Shown here: positions 14,177 through 26,400 of the stretch, one piece after another | How the letters are laid out: every line of letters starts with the position of its first letter | Position numbering within the stretch: the first letter of the stretch is position 1 | Source of the DNA: Octopus sinensis | Taxonomy: Eukaryota | DNA: 64,000 nucleotides | NCBI RefSeq assembly: GCF_006345805.1 | Contig: NC_043019.1 | Coordinates: 16,429,360-16,493,359, forward strand | Direction of reading: 5' to 3' | Translations under genes and position numbers: made by a program | The notes under the pieces: generated by a model | The model's database searches: none | Seen by the model: the letters and a program-made list of their open reading frames with translations, nothing else | What the model was told of the DNA's origin: nothing

Positions 14177-14364
14177 TCACTTTAATATCTCGTCTCTTGA
14201 TGAACACCCTCACTTCTCATCCAGTAAAATAGTCTCTCTGTTAGGATGGCTGAGTTTTAGGCTCTTCTCTTAAAGCGACATATTGCTGAATGAAACACTA
14301 CAGGGAGTTCAGCCATAAATGTTGACATTGTACATTTACAACAACATTACAAGAATAACATGTC

Positions 14365-14421
<57 letters not shown>

Positions 14422-17400
14422 CCTTTTTTTTTCCTTTCCATCTGGACCATAAGATCCATAAAAGCAGCTGGCACACCAACCTGGTTTTAATAGTGTTAAA
14501 TGGATGAGAAATAACTGTTCTGGATGGACAGTTGCATGTAGCTCACCTCCCCCATCTCGTTCAGACTCATCAGGTATTCAACTCAACATGCAACACTTCT
14601 GCTGCTGCTGCGGCTACTGCTGCTTACAGCAATGCATCTGACTATCCTTTCATCAGCTCTTTGCACTTTTGATAATTAAGAACTTGGTGGGAGATGGCAT
14701 GGCTGTGTTGGCGGAGTTTGCTTTGCAACTGCATGGTTTCCAGTTCAGTCCCATTGCACAGCGCCTGCTGCCAAAATCACAGACCAACCAAAGCTTTCGG
14801 TAGACAGCGGAAGAGGCCAGTTGCAATGTGTGTGGGTGTGTGTTCATGGTTCTCGATTTCGACATGGTCTGCTGATTGCAAACAAACGTCATTGTCATAC
14901 GAGCTGTGTCGTTTGTTGTCAGTCTCCTTCAAAAACATGTCCAGCCATTTTGCTGTTTATGTTTGAAGGGGTCAAAGAAGTATTTCCTTCTTTGGGAAAA
15001 GGTGAGAGCTGATGACAGGAAGAGCATCCAACCATAGAAGATCTGCCACAGCAAATTTCATCTGACCCAGGCAAGCATGGACAAATGGACATTAAAATGA
15101 TGTTGTTGATGATGATGCTGTCTTGACCACCGACGTAAATGAAGTGTCATTGGGCAAGATACCCGGACCTCTCTGTACCCTAACCTTCACATATATGTCT
15201 TGTCCTTCCTTCCTTTCTTCTTTCTCCCACCTTCTGTGATCTGGGTTTGTTCAAGGTGCACTGAGATGACCTGACTGACCGCAGTGAAGGAAAAGAGTAG
15301 AAACACAGTTTATACGATGTGCAAAATTGGCCCTCAAAGAGGTGTGTGTGTGTGGGCGTGGATTTTTAATCTCATGGAATATTAAAAGTACAGTTTGGTT
15401 TGGTTGGTGAGGGTGGGGAGGATCCTGCTGAATTTTTGATGGAAAAGGAGGTGGGGGCTCTCATTCTGCAGTATGATTTCAAGAAAAAAAAGAAAAACAA
15501 AAGGAAAAAATATTCACAACACACACAGACTAACCATTTATAATGATTATATATATATATATATGCATGTATATATATATATATATACATGTTTGTAATA
15601 TATTTGTATGTATGCATACATACACACACACATATATATATATATATATATGACGTTTTTAAAAAGCATAACAATATTTAATGATAAAATATAAAATTAA
15701 AAAAAAATTTTTTTCTCCAAAGAAATTTTATATCAAAAGAAAAAAGGGATTTGAGTAACTGACCTCACCCTCACAATCTCCCTGTCCCCTCACCAACAAA
15801 AAAAAACATTAAATTTTTTAATTATTTTTCAAAAAAATGGACAAAATGTCTCAAAAACAACATTTTTTATAATCCTGCTTTTTTATGTATTTGATATTTT
15901 TGTTCGTTTGTTCTGCGAAGGGTGGTGATGTGCATCCATATCCAGCCATTCATTTAACAACTTATTGATGACCGAACATATCCGTATATATGTGTGTACA
16001 TACATATTTGTATGTATGTGTGTATGTGTATATATATATATATATGTGCGAGGGAGTATTGAAAAGTTCCTGGCTTTAAGGGTATTGCAGAAGGCATGGT
16101 AGGAGGCCCAACTTCTGATTTTTTTTTACAAGGCTTAGAAAAACTGAAGGACTGCAATAAAACTGCAATAAATGTGTGAATCTGAGAAGAGAATATGTTT
16201 AATAAAATCATAAATAGAGGAGGATCAGTTCCTCCTCTATTTTTTTTTTTACCCAAAGACGGGAACTTTTCAGCCCCACCCTCTCATATGATGCAAATAG
16301 ATTGGAGTAAAAGCAAATATATATAATGCATATAAATATATATACGCACACGTATATACACACCATACTTTTATACAATTTCACTTTGTCACTTGAATGC
16401 ACAGCTCTCTTCACTTCTACTCCCGTTCTTTGATCACAAATTGCACTTTGCATTACGTGGGAAATCCTTCCTTCACCCAAAACACTTTAAACAAAGGGAA
16501 AAATGTTATGTAAAATGGTTCTAATTAATTAATTAATCCAGAGTTGAAGCAAAGGAGAAGAGGAAGAAGAATCATCTCGAAAGAGTGCAGAGGGAGGCAC
16601 AGCTGACTGGAGTCCAATATGGGTGAGGTGGAATGGAAGATAATCTTTAGTCTCTTAATTCTTCATTCGTTATCGTTAGCTGAGGGAAGCTGCATCACTA
16701 TGGCAACAACACTAACAACTGATATCAAACAAGGACTCACTTCAAAAGGTGGCTAGGAGATGATGATGATGGTGGTGGTGGTGGTGGTATTTTCAATTTG
16801 TGTGTCCCTTATTGGACCCAGGGTAACAACAGTAAAAGAGTCTGGTGTCTACGTGGTCATTTGATCTGCTAGAAATAGCAGTTAAAAACAGCTCTTAAAA
16901 TCTCACTCATTAATGTCATAGATAATGAGAGGATACATTAGATAATGCAGTTTTTACCTATCTCTAAAACTAAGACAGGATGATCATGGCTGGAATGCCT
17001 CAAATCATTGGCCTGTTTGATGACTTGGGTCTAAACAACATCACTGCTACTACTAATAATAATAATACTAATACTACTAATAATAATTGTTTGGGGTTTG
17101 AATAATTAATCCCTGGAAACATGGGTCCTTAAACCTTTTGAGCAGGGTGGGCCACTCGTCCTGAAGAAAATTCTAACTGGGCCCCATCTGCAAAGTCATG
17201 CATTGTTTATTTTGATGGGAGACCACCATGCCACACACTTATGGTTGTGATGCATGTACCTGGTGTACCCTTATCAGATGGGTATACTGGGCTTCATAGA
17301 TTTGTACCCCAGCATCGCTTGATGGCATGCACTGCTCTCTCACTCAATAATAATAATAATAATAATACCATCACCACTACCATTACTACTTCCACCACCA

Positions 17401-19539
17401 CCACTACTACTACTATGGCCATCACTCCAACACCCACCAACATCCTTGTGTGAAAACCAATCTGTCACTGACTGACTTTACCAAAGAAGATTTAGATTTG
17501 GCAGCTATTTTCTACTTTGATTAATAATATTTATACTAATTTAGTATTTTGGCTGAAGAAGCGTGTGTGTATGTGTGACTGTGCTTTTGTGTGTGAGTGG
17601 TTGCATATGTGTATATAGATTTCAACTACATTTTATGCCTGGATTATTGAAAATCCAAACATTGTTCGACGTTTTAGCATCTAAACTAGTCCCACGTGAA
17701 CAGCTACAAATCTTCCAACTGCTTTTATAAAGGTGCCATCAGCATTGAAAAGACAATGGTTCTGTGATTAAGTTCACTACGCAACCCCAGTGTCTTCTTC
17801 TATAGTACTGAGTGGATTTGGTTGACAGAAACTGAAAGAAGCCCATTTGTGTGTGTGTGTGTTTCGGTTTGTGCTTCTCCAAACTCCACCCGTCAGTGAT
17901 GTTGCTCTCATTTCCCTTGTCAATGGGTTTCTCTTTTCTTTGCACCTCTAAAGATGTGTGAAAAACTGGTAAAGGTTAGTGACATGAAGGGCCTCTGGCT
18001 ATCACACAATTCCTCAATAATATATAGTCGTCTAACCCATGCTAGCATGGAAATATGGATGTAAAAACACTAAGTGCTTCCACACCTGTCTTTATTGTTG
18101 TTGGGTCTGGACCCATTTCCTCGTCTGACATCACTGCTAGGGCCCTTGGTGCATTGAACACTGTTGCAAGCATGCAGACCTCTAACTTGAGGATGTTACT
18201 TCATTTTTATCCTCACACCAGTTTTAGGGGCCCTGCAAGACAACATATATGCTACCTTGGCCCCTTTCACAAAAAATATAAAAAGATTTTTTTAACAACT
18301 TAACCTGCCATTTTGAAAACAGGGACTACATGAAATCCCTGATTGTTTGATCAGCCTTTTTAGTAACTTTACAATAAGGGTTTCACATTTTGAGCCTTAC
18401 TTAGTGGAACAGTGTGCCCTGAACAGGAGACAGGGGGCCAGGATGGCTTCAGCTAGAAGTTCCTATGGAAGCCATCAACTAGATGACACACCCACAGACC
18501 TGGTTGCTCAAGCAGATGCAACTGGCCTTAACACCAACACCAACCATCATCACTTTCACTTAATAAAACCTGTTAAACCAGCCAACACGAAGTCTTTATA
18601 TGGTCATTCTGTCTACTAGAAACAACAGCCAAATCCCCTTCAGAAATAAGAAAAATGGAAGGGATATATAATGTAGTTGTAGATATGTGATGCCTCCAGA
18701 GATGGATTGGATGGGAGCTGTCTTCGTTGGAACACTTCATGCAAGTCCCACACCCTGGAGTTAATCACGCCCTCCACCCCTACACTCTACTTTTCTATTA
18801 CACCTGCAAGGGAGTAGAACCTTTTCCTCTGAATGTATGCGAAAACAATCATGATATATCCAGGTGATAGACGCACACACCCACACCTACTCATGTAGCT
18901 GGTATGCTTGACCTCTGCACTTCTAAGCACAATGCTTCACTCCATCCTCTCTGTTATTGCCACCACCATCACCACCACCCTACGTTGAAGTCACATTTTT
19001 CCAGCTTCACGCCTTTACAACTTGCATGTCACATCAATAACACATCTCTCTCTGTTTTGCTGTCATCCAATTAATATTATTATTACATAATCATTCTAAA
19101 CTAATAAAAATGACATCATGTACTTCAAAGTGCTTTACTCTGGTGTGGGTGGGGGGAATCGGTTAGGGGAGAAAATTGTAAAGGGGTGGGGTGGGGGAGA
19201 ACTCCAGTTTCTTTTTTTTATCTTTATTTTAGAACATCGTTTAAAATAAAATTTAAATACAATAAAAATTTCAAAATTCAAAAGGAAAAAAATATTTAAC
19301 AAAAAATCAATTTTAACAAACTTAAATGTTGCTTCTGTCTCTTCTCTTTCTAATTCCATGATTAAAAAACAAATTAGGAACAGGCATGGCTGTGTGGTAA
19401 GATGTTTGGTTAACGCATCACTTGGTTTCAGGTTCCGTCCCACTGTGTAGCACTTGGGGTAAATCACTTCTACTGAAACTGAAAGAAGCTAATTGTGTAA
19501 ATATATGTATATATATATATATATCCATCATACAGTCGC

Positions 19540-19700
19540 CATGATAGATCGTTAGCCACTACACACATTTTTTTCTGTAGAAGAGCGTAGGCTCGAAACA
19601 TAAAAGACCTTTTCTATTCCTGAGCGTTATACTAATACATCTGTTTGTTTTCTACACCACCTGTCTTCGTCTTTTGTATTTTTCGTAAACTCTCCCTAAA
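19540..19700 (+). repeat. Short repeat carrying a hammerhead-like motif at 19570-19607; homologous to 44335-44530
   Basis: TTTTT-CTGTAGA-A-GAGC-GTAG-GCTC-GAAA-CATA-AAAGA. The downstream sequence (ttcctgagcg..atactaatac..ccacctg.cttcgtcttttg) is shared with the minus-strand copy. Confidence 0.65.
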
Positions 19701-19879
19701 TATATGTATATATGTATATATATATAGAGAGAGAGAGAGAAAGAGGGATTGGACCCATGGCCTACTGGTTAGGGGGTTGCACTCATGATTGCCAGAACAT
19801 GGTTTCAGTTCCTAGACCAGGTGGTGTAAAGCACCTCATCTCCTGTTGCTTTGCAATCACTTTGACACCTGATGTATGG

Positions 19880-20200
19880 CACAGAGTGCACCTGTTCAGG
19901 TAATGTCTTCTGTGAAGGGAGAATCCATCACACACGTGTGTGTAACAGATGCTCTATGGGGAACTTGTGGAAAGCACCCCCAGCAGAAACCAAGGATTTT
20001 ATAGTCCTTCTTGAAGGCCTGGAGAGAGGGGTGGTCAGTTGGGAAAGCAATGCTTGTCATTGCCACCAGTTGAAGAGGTGGGGGGAGGAGAGGGCATTTT
20101 TGAAGAAACTTGCAGATTTTAAACAAATTGTAGTGAATGGAGGAAGCTTGGTTTGCAATATGTGCAGATGTGAGTCATTAGCAGAGTCACGAGTGTAAAA
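19880..20200 (+). mobile_element. Possible degenerate LINE (RTE-like) ORF2 3' end
   Basis: Mixed frames give LYGELVES.. and ..SWESNA..W...LVCNMC, which resemble the RTE C-terminal LYGEL / WE..A / CxxC pattern. Weak match. Confidence 0.35.
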
Positions 20201-21559
20201 GATCATTTTGTCTAAGTGCACAATGTTAGTGGTCAGTGAAGGTTTTCCTCTGTCACGAGTGGATAGCCATCAGAGTGTGTGTGTGTGCATAGGCCCTTAT
20301 TTACTCATGATGTCATTGGTCCAATTGAGTTATTTCCCTTTCTTCATTGGATTTTTTTTAATTATGCAAATTACATTGGACAAAAATGATTTGTACCTCT
20401 TCAGCTATTTGTAAAAATCTTTGCCAACTGATCAGGAAAGCTTCTGCGGACGAAACTGAGCTGATGAAGTTTGATAAACCAAGAAAGACGCATAGTTGTC
20501 CCCCCTTGCTCATATCCCCCCCCTTCTACACCACTTAGCATGCAAATTCACTTTGAGAGATTTCCACAGTAGCAGCACGATAAAGTGATGGCATGAAGTT
20601 TGCTTGCCAACCCCATGGTCCTGGGTTCAGTCCCATTGCATGGCAGCTCAGTCAAGTGTCAGATCCAGGTCGACTGAAGCCTTATGAGTGGATTTTGTAG
20701 ATAGAAACTGAAAGAAGCCTGTTGTATATAAATGTGTTTGTCCCCTATCACTGCTTGACAACCGTTGTTGGTGTGTTTATGTCCCCATAACTTAGCAGTT
20801 TGGCAAAAGAGACTGATGGAATAAGAACCAGGTTTAAAAATAAAATAACTACTGGGGTCAATCCGTCCAACTAAAATTCTTGAAAGTGGTGCTCCAGCAT
20901 GGCCACAGTCTGGTGACTGAGAGAGAGAGAGAGTGAGCTGCAGGCATGGTAGCCGTGGGGTTAAGAAGTTCGCTTTGGAACCACATGGTTCAGGGTTCAG
21001 TCCCACTGGTGTCTCTCAATATAGCCCTGGGATGACCAATACCTTGTAAGTAGATGGAAACTGTGTGAAAGCCTATTATATGTGTATCTTCGTGTCCATG
21101 TTTGTCCCCATACCTAACATTTAACAACGGATGTTGGTTTGTTTACATTCCCATAATTTAGTCATTTGGCAAATGAGGACCAGACGTAAAAGTGCTAGAG
21201 TTGGTTTGTTTGATTAAACTGTTCAAGGCAGTGGTCCAGCATGGCCAAGTCCAATGGCTGAATCAAGGAAAAGATAAAAGATGAAGAGGAGGATTTCATC
21301 CCCTTTCTGTTTTCCTCAAACATTTTCAGTTCTTAATTTACTGAAAATCCCAAATCCGCAGAAACAAATGTTGGTCGTCTGCATCAGCAACAATGGTAAT
21401 AGTGAATGCAGGAGATGGGGTCAGGGGTCAGAAAGTCCTCTTGATGTTTACCAAACACTTCAGGCTTTTTATTTTTTTCCCTCCATTCCACACAGCAGCC
21501 AGACTCACCAAACTCTGCCAGATTTCCAAAAGTTTTATTCAGCATTTGATATAAGGAGC

Positions 21560-21855
21560 CAATGCTGACTCGCTTTGTCTGCTGCCATCACAATATCAAC
21601 GAGACCATCAGATACTGTTACACACTGCTGATCACAATCCACTTCCAACTGCCTTCACTGCGCTGTTCTTTTCCATCTTGACCCAAATGTCTTACCATCA
21701 TCGTGGAGGCCTTCCAACTGACTGGTTCTGATCACTCAGAAACTACACAAGTCCACCTGGTATCTGTGAGACACACGTGACATATCCAGCCCACCAGAAC
21801 TCGTGCTTTCAGTATTGTGTGGTCACATCGTTCACTCTGCTCCATTCCCCAATTA
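21560..21855 (-). mobile_element. RTE-clade LINE remnant, 3' part
   Basis: Minus-strand fragments (ttctggtgggctggatatgtc, DTRWT, PVGRPPR) resemble the RTE WWAGHV..RWT..GRPPxRW tail. Confidence 0.55.
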
Positions 21856-22264
21856 TCTCATTTTGAATACATTCTGTGGCGGTGTGGTAAGAAGCTTGCT
21901 TCCCAACCACATGGTTCCAGGTTCAGTCCCACTGCGTGGTACCTTGGGCAAGTGTCTTCTATTGTAGCCTTGGGCCAACCAAAGCCTTGTGAGTGGATTT
22001 GGTAGACAGAAACTGAAAGAAGGCTATCATATATATACACACACATACATATATGTGTGTGCATTTGTGTCACTGCCATCATTGTTTGACAACCAGTGTT
22101 GGTGTATTTAAATCCCCATAACTTAGTGGTTTGACAAAAAGGAACTGACATAATAAATACTAGACTTACAAAAATAATTCCAGGGGTCAATTTGTTTGAC
22201 TAAAATCCTTGAAGGTGGTGCTCCAGTATGGCTGCAATCCATTGACTGACCCAAATAAAAGAAT

Positions 22265-22370
22265 AACGATATTCCTAGCATGGATCTTTCCATGGCCAAC
22301 CGATGTTCCGTAACCATTTGCAGGGTCACGTCATATAATGGGGCTCACCCAGTCGTCTACGACTAGTTTC
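22265..22370 (-). mobile_element. RTE-clade LINE remnant, upstream part, separated from 21560-21855 by a SINE
   Basis: The minus frame encodes TLQMVTEHRLAMERSMLGISL, an RTE-type QRAMERSMLGISL motif. Confidence 0.6.
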
Positions 22371-22989
22371 TAGACACTGCCTTGAAATGGCTGTAATGGT
22401 TAAGAAGCTGACTTTGCAAGCACATGGTTCCAGGTTCAGTCTCACACCATGACACCTCAGGCAAGTCTTTCAATTCTGGGGTTGACCAATGCCTTGTCAG
22501 TGAATTGGGGAGATGGAAACTGTGTGGAACACTATTGTGAGTGTTTGTCCCCTTACCACCACTTGGCAACCAGTGTGGGTTTGTTTACATTCTTGTAAAT
22601 TAGCAACTTGGAGAAAGAGATCAACAGAATAAATACAGTAATGTTTGACTAAACATTCCATGGCAGTGCCCCAGTATGGCCATGACTGAAAGAAGGATTA
22701 AAAAATATATAAATAATAAAAACAAAGAGAAAAACATTGCACCAAGGCAAAAGAAATTCTTTATTTTTCTTAAGATTCCTGGCATTTAATTTTGATGTTT
22801 ATTTTTTAAATAATGGGAGGGATTCACTGACAAGAAATGACTTGTGTTTTTTAAATGACTCTACCATAGAGAGAGGGGTGGGGGGACATTCAGTTTCATT
22901 ATAAAGACAGATGCATACACATATATATCTATACATATGTATATAAACATTCATAACCATATATAAATACACACACATATATATATACT

Positions 22990-23388
22990 CTTTTACTTGT
23001 TTCAGTCATTTTGACTGCGGCCGTGCTGGAGCACCGCCTTTAATCGAGCAACTCGACCCCGGGACTTATTCTTTTCTAAGCCCAGTACTTATTCTATCGG
23101 TCTCTTTTGCCGAACTGCTAAGTAACGGGGACGTAAACACACCAGCATCGGTTGTCAAGCAATGCTAGGGGGACAAACACAGACACACAAACACACACAC
23201 GCACATATATATATATATACATATATACGACAGGCTTCTTTCAGTTTCTGTCTACCAAATCCACTCACAAGGCATTGGTTGGCCCGGGGCTATAGTAGAA
23301 GACACTTGCCCAAGGTTCCACGCAGTGGGACTGAACCCGGAATCATGTGGTTGGTAGACAAGCTACTTACCACACAGCCACTCTTGCG

Positions 23389-23395
<7 letters not shown>
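22990..23395 (-). mobile_element. tRNA-derived SINE, near-full copy; others at about 20580, 21880, 31295, 42905, 54720, 55540, 56335
   Basis: Head gctgtgtggtaag..ggttcagtcccactgcgtgg, central (TA)/(TG) tract, tail ctccagcacggccgcagtcaaaatgactgaaacaagtaaaagag. Many copies in the window. Confidence 0.85.
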
Positions 23396-23485
<90 letters not shown>

Positions 23486-23487
23486 AT
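23391..23487. repeat. (TA)n microsatellite (one of many TA/TG/GA/ATT/CAT microsatellites)
   Basis: Seen directly in the sequence. Confidence 0.95.
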
Positions 23488-26400
23488 ACTGATGCCTGTG
23501 TAGTGAAGAATGTCATTTCAAAACCACTTGCTTTGAGATCTCCTCCTCCTCCCATTGTTCTTTACTAAAGCTGTGGATTAGAACAAAATTTGGGGAGCGA
23601 GTTTTGATAGAAACCGATGCTCAACTATTTATCCATCTAAAAACTTGTGCCATCCTCATCATCATTTTCACATCTACTTCTCCCTCCTCACATCAGACAG
23701 ACAGAATTTGTTAGGGCAGATACTCTACGGCTGGACGCCCTACCTGTCACAAACCCTCACCTGTTCCCCAGCAAGGTAATATTTCCCCAAGAACAGACAG
23801 GTTTCCCATGAAAGAATTCCATAAGCACGACAATAACATTTGTTTACAACTTATCCATGCAATGTCAAGACAAGGAGACAACACACACACAAACATAGAA
23901 AGGACTTCTTCCAGGTTCTGTCTGTCTTTTAGCAGACAGAAACTGAAAGGCATGGGGCAATAGCAGAAGTCACTGGACAAAGGTGCCACAGAGTGGAACT
24001 GAACTTGAAACCATATGGTTGGCAAGGAAACTTCTTACCACACAGCCATGCCTACTGCAAATATATATATGTACATACACACACCTATATATGTATTCGT
24101 ATATGTATATGGATGGTAGACTGGGTGTATATCCCACCTTGTTTCCATATGTACGTTGGACACACATACAAACAGGGATGTTTGCAGTTCTATGTGGGAA
24201 GCATGTCTGAGTCGTTTGTTGTTTGATAGACTGAAGGATGTTTGACCTTGCTAGAAGAGAGGGCAGGGTCAGCATCAGCCTGTAGAAGACTTCCACCTCA
24301 ACCAAACCTCATCTAACTCCTGTTAATGTGGGAAAGTAAGCATTAAAGCAAGGATGGAGTGTGTGGATTTGCTATCTCCATGCAAGCTACATGGGGACCT
24401 CATTAATGCTATGAAATGGTTGGCATTAAGAGGGACCTCCAGTCTTAGAAACCAGACCAATGCAGATAACTGGAGCAGGGGGCAGTTCTTGGCTGCATCA
24501 GACCCTGCTAAACTGTCCGATCCACGACAGGATGGAACAAAGATGTTAAACGATGATGATGATGATTATATATATATATATATACACACACAGATGACAA
24601 GGAGAGAGAGATCAAATGAAAGTTTTGGGGGTGGCGGAAAGAGACAGAGTGTGTCAGGGGAAAAAAAAAAGGTAACCAAGGATAGAATGGAATTCCATTT
24701 TGTTTAATTTCCAGAAAACAAGTTCCCAGCAAAAAAGAAAGAAAAAACAAAGAGAAACTTCTTTGTTGGTTGAGTTACACCAGGTGATGATGATGATGGA
24801 CAGAAGTGAAAACAAAATACAAAACATTAAAAAAATCCCTACCAACTGAAAGACACAAATGTTATTAGCAGGAACCAATTCATTTCTTTCGAGCGACCAA
24901 TTTTTTTTTGTATTTTTTCTCTCATTTTTCCTTTGATTTTATTCCTATTTTGTGTATGCTCTCTCTTTAGTTACTTTTAGCCAACACGACTAAGGCCAAG
25001 CTACAGCATTGCCTTCCTGTATATTAAGGGTAAATATATCTTTCTTTTTCTTTTATGTGACTGGCTTCAGATATTAGACTCTGGCCATGCTACTACTACC
25101 CTACCTGTTAAAGTAGTGCTTATGAGCATTTGAGGGATGAAAAGTGCAAAGCAACTGTCCACCCTCATACAGTGCAGAGAATATGTAAGGGATGCAACAA
25201 AATACCACAGGGCATTAACTCCAACATTCTCCTCTCCTCTTCTGCCCTCCACCACTAAGTTGACTTGGCAGGTTTTCTTTAAAGACGTCTACTCTCCAAG
25301 GAGCCAATTGCTGATGGAGGCACAGTGCCTCCAAGCAGATTACAGACATTACCATTATAACCATTGATATCCAGGAAACTGACAGAACCATTGCCATAGT
25401 GGACAGAATCCTCACCAGCATTTATTCTGATGCCTTATGTTTTGAGTTCAAATCCCACCAAGGTAAACTTTGCCTTTCAACTTCTGGGGCACAATATAAT
25501 AAAGCACAACCAAGTACTGAGGATCAAGTTAATCCCTTCTCAAAATGTGGCTTTGTGTCTAAGTTAGAAATAATAATAATTATTATTATTATTATTATTA
25601 TTTCTAAAGCCGTGAGCTGGCAGAATTGTCAGCACGCTTAGTGGTATTTTATTCATCTTTACATTCTGAGTTCAAATTTTGCCTTTCATCCTTTCAGGGT
25701 TGATGAAATAAGTACCAGTTATATACTGGGGACCAATGTAATCAACTAACCCCGTTTCATCAAAATTTCAGGCCTTGTGCCTAGAGTGGAAAGGAGTATA
25801 ATTATAATTAGCACCAGATTGGCAGAATTGTTAGTGCATCAGACAAAAGGATTAGTGGCATTTAATTATCATCATCATCATCATCATTATTATCATAAGG
25901 CATTGAGCTGGCAGAATCGTTAGCACGGTGGGTGAAATGGTTAGCAGTATTTTACCTGTCACTACATTCTGAGTTCAAACTCCAAAGGTCAACTTTGCCT
26001 TTCATCCTTTTGGGGTTGATAAATTAAGAACCAGTCAAGCAAAGGGGTCAATGCAATCAATTGTCCCCGTTCCCAGAAAAAAAAAAAGAAAAAAGAAAAG
26101 AAAATTCAGGCCTTGTGCCTAAGGGATTATTATTATTATTATTATTATTAAGGTTGGGAGCTGGCTGAATCATTAGCATTCTGGGCGAAATGCTTAGTGG
26201 CATTTTTTGTCTGCCGCTACATTCTGAGTTCAAATTTCACCAAGGTTAGCTTTACCTTTCATCTTTTCAGGGTCAATAATTCAAGAACCAGTTGAATATT
26301 GGGGGGGGGGGGGGGGTCAATGTGATTGACCATGCCCAACCCCGCAAAATCCAAGCCTTGTGCCTATAGTATCCCAAAAGGATAAAAGGCAAAGTCGACC

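Noticed and set aside
14540-14680. Minus-strand CTGATGA-GTC motif and a + strand Ala-rich mini-ORF (VFNSTCNTSAAAAATAAY..)
   Set aside because: GAAA is replaced by GAGA with no stem I. The ORF has no supporting partner exons and may be AREL1 3' UTR.
20455-20500. CTGATGA..GAAA hammerhead-like string
   Set aside because: Stem II is weak and offset, and I found no valid stem I or NUH site.
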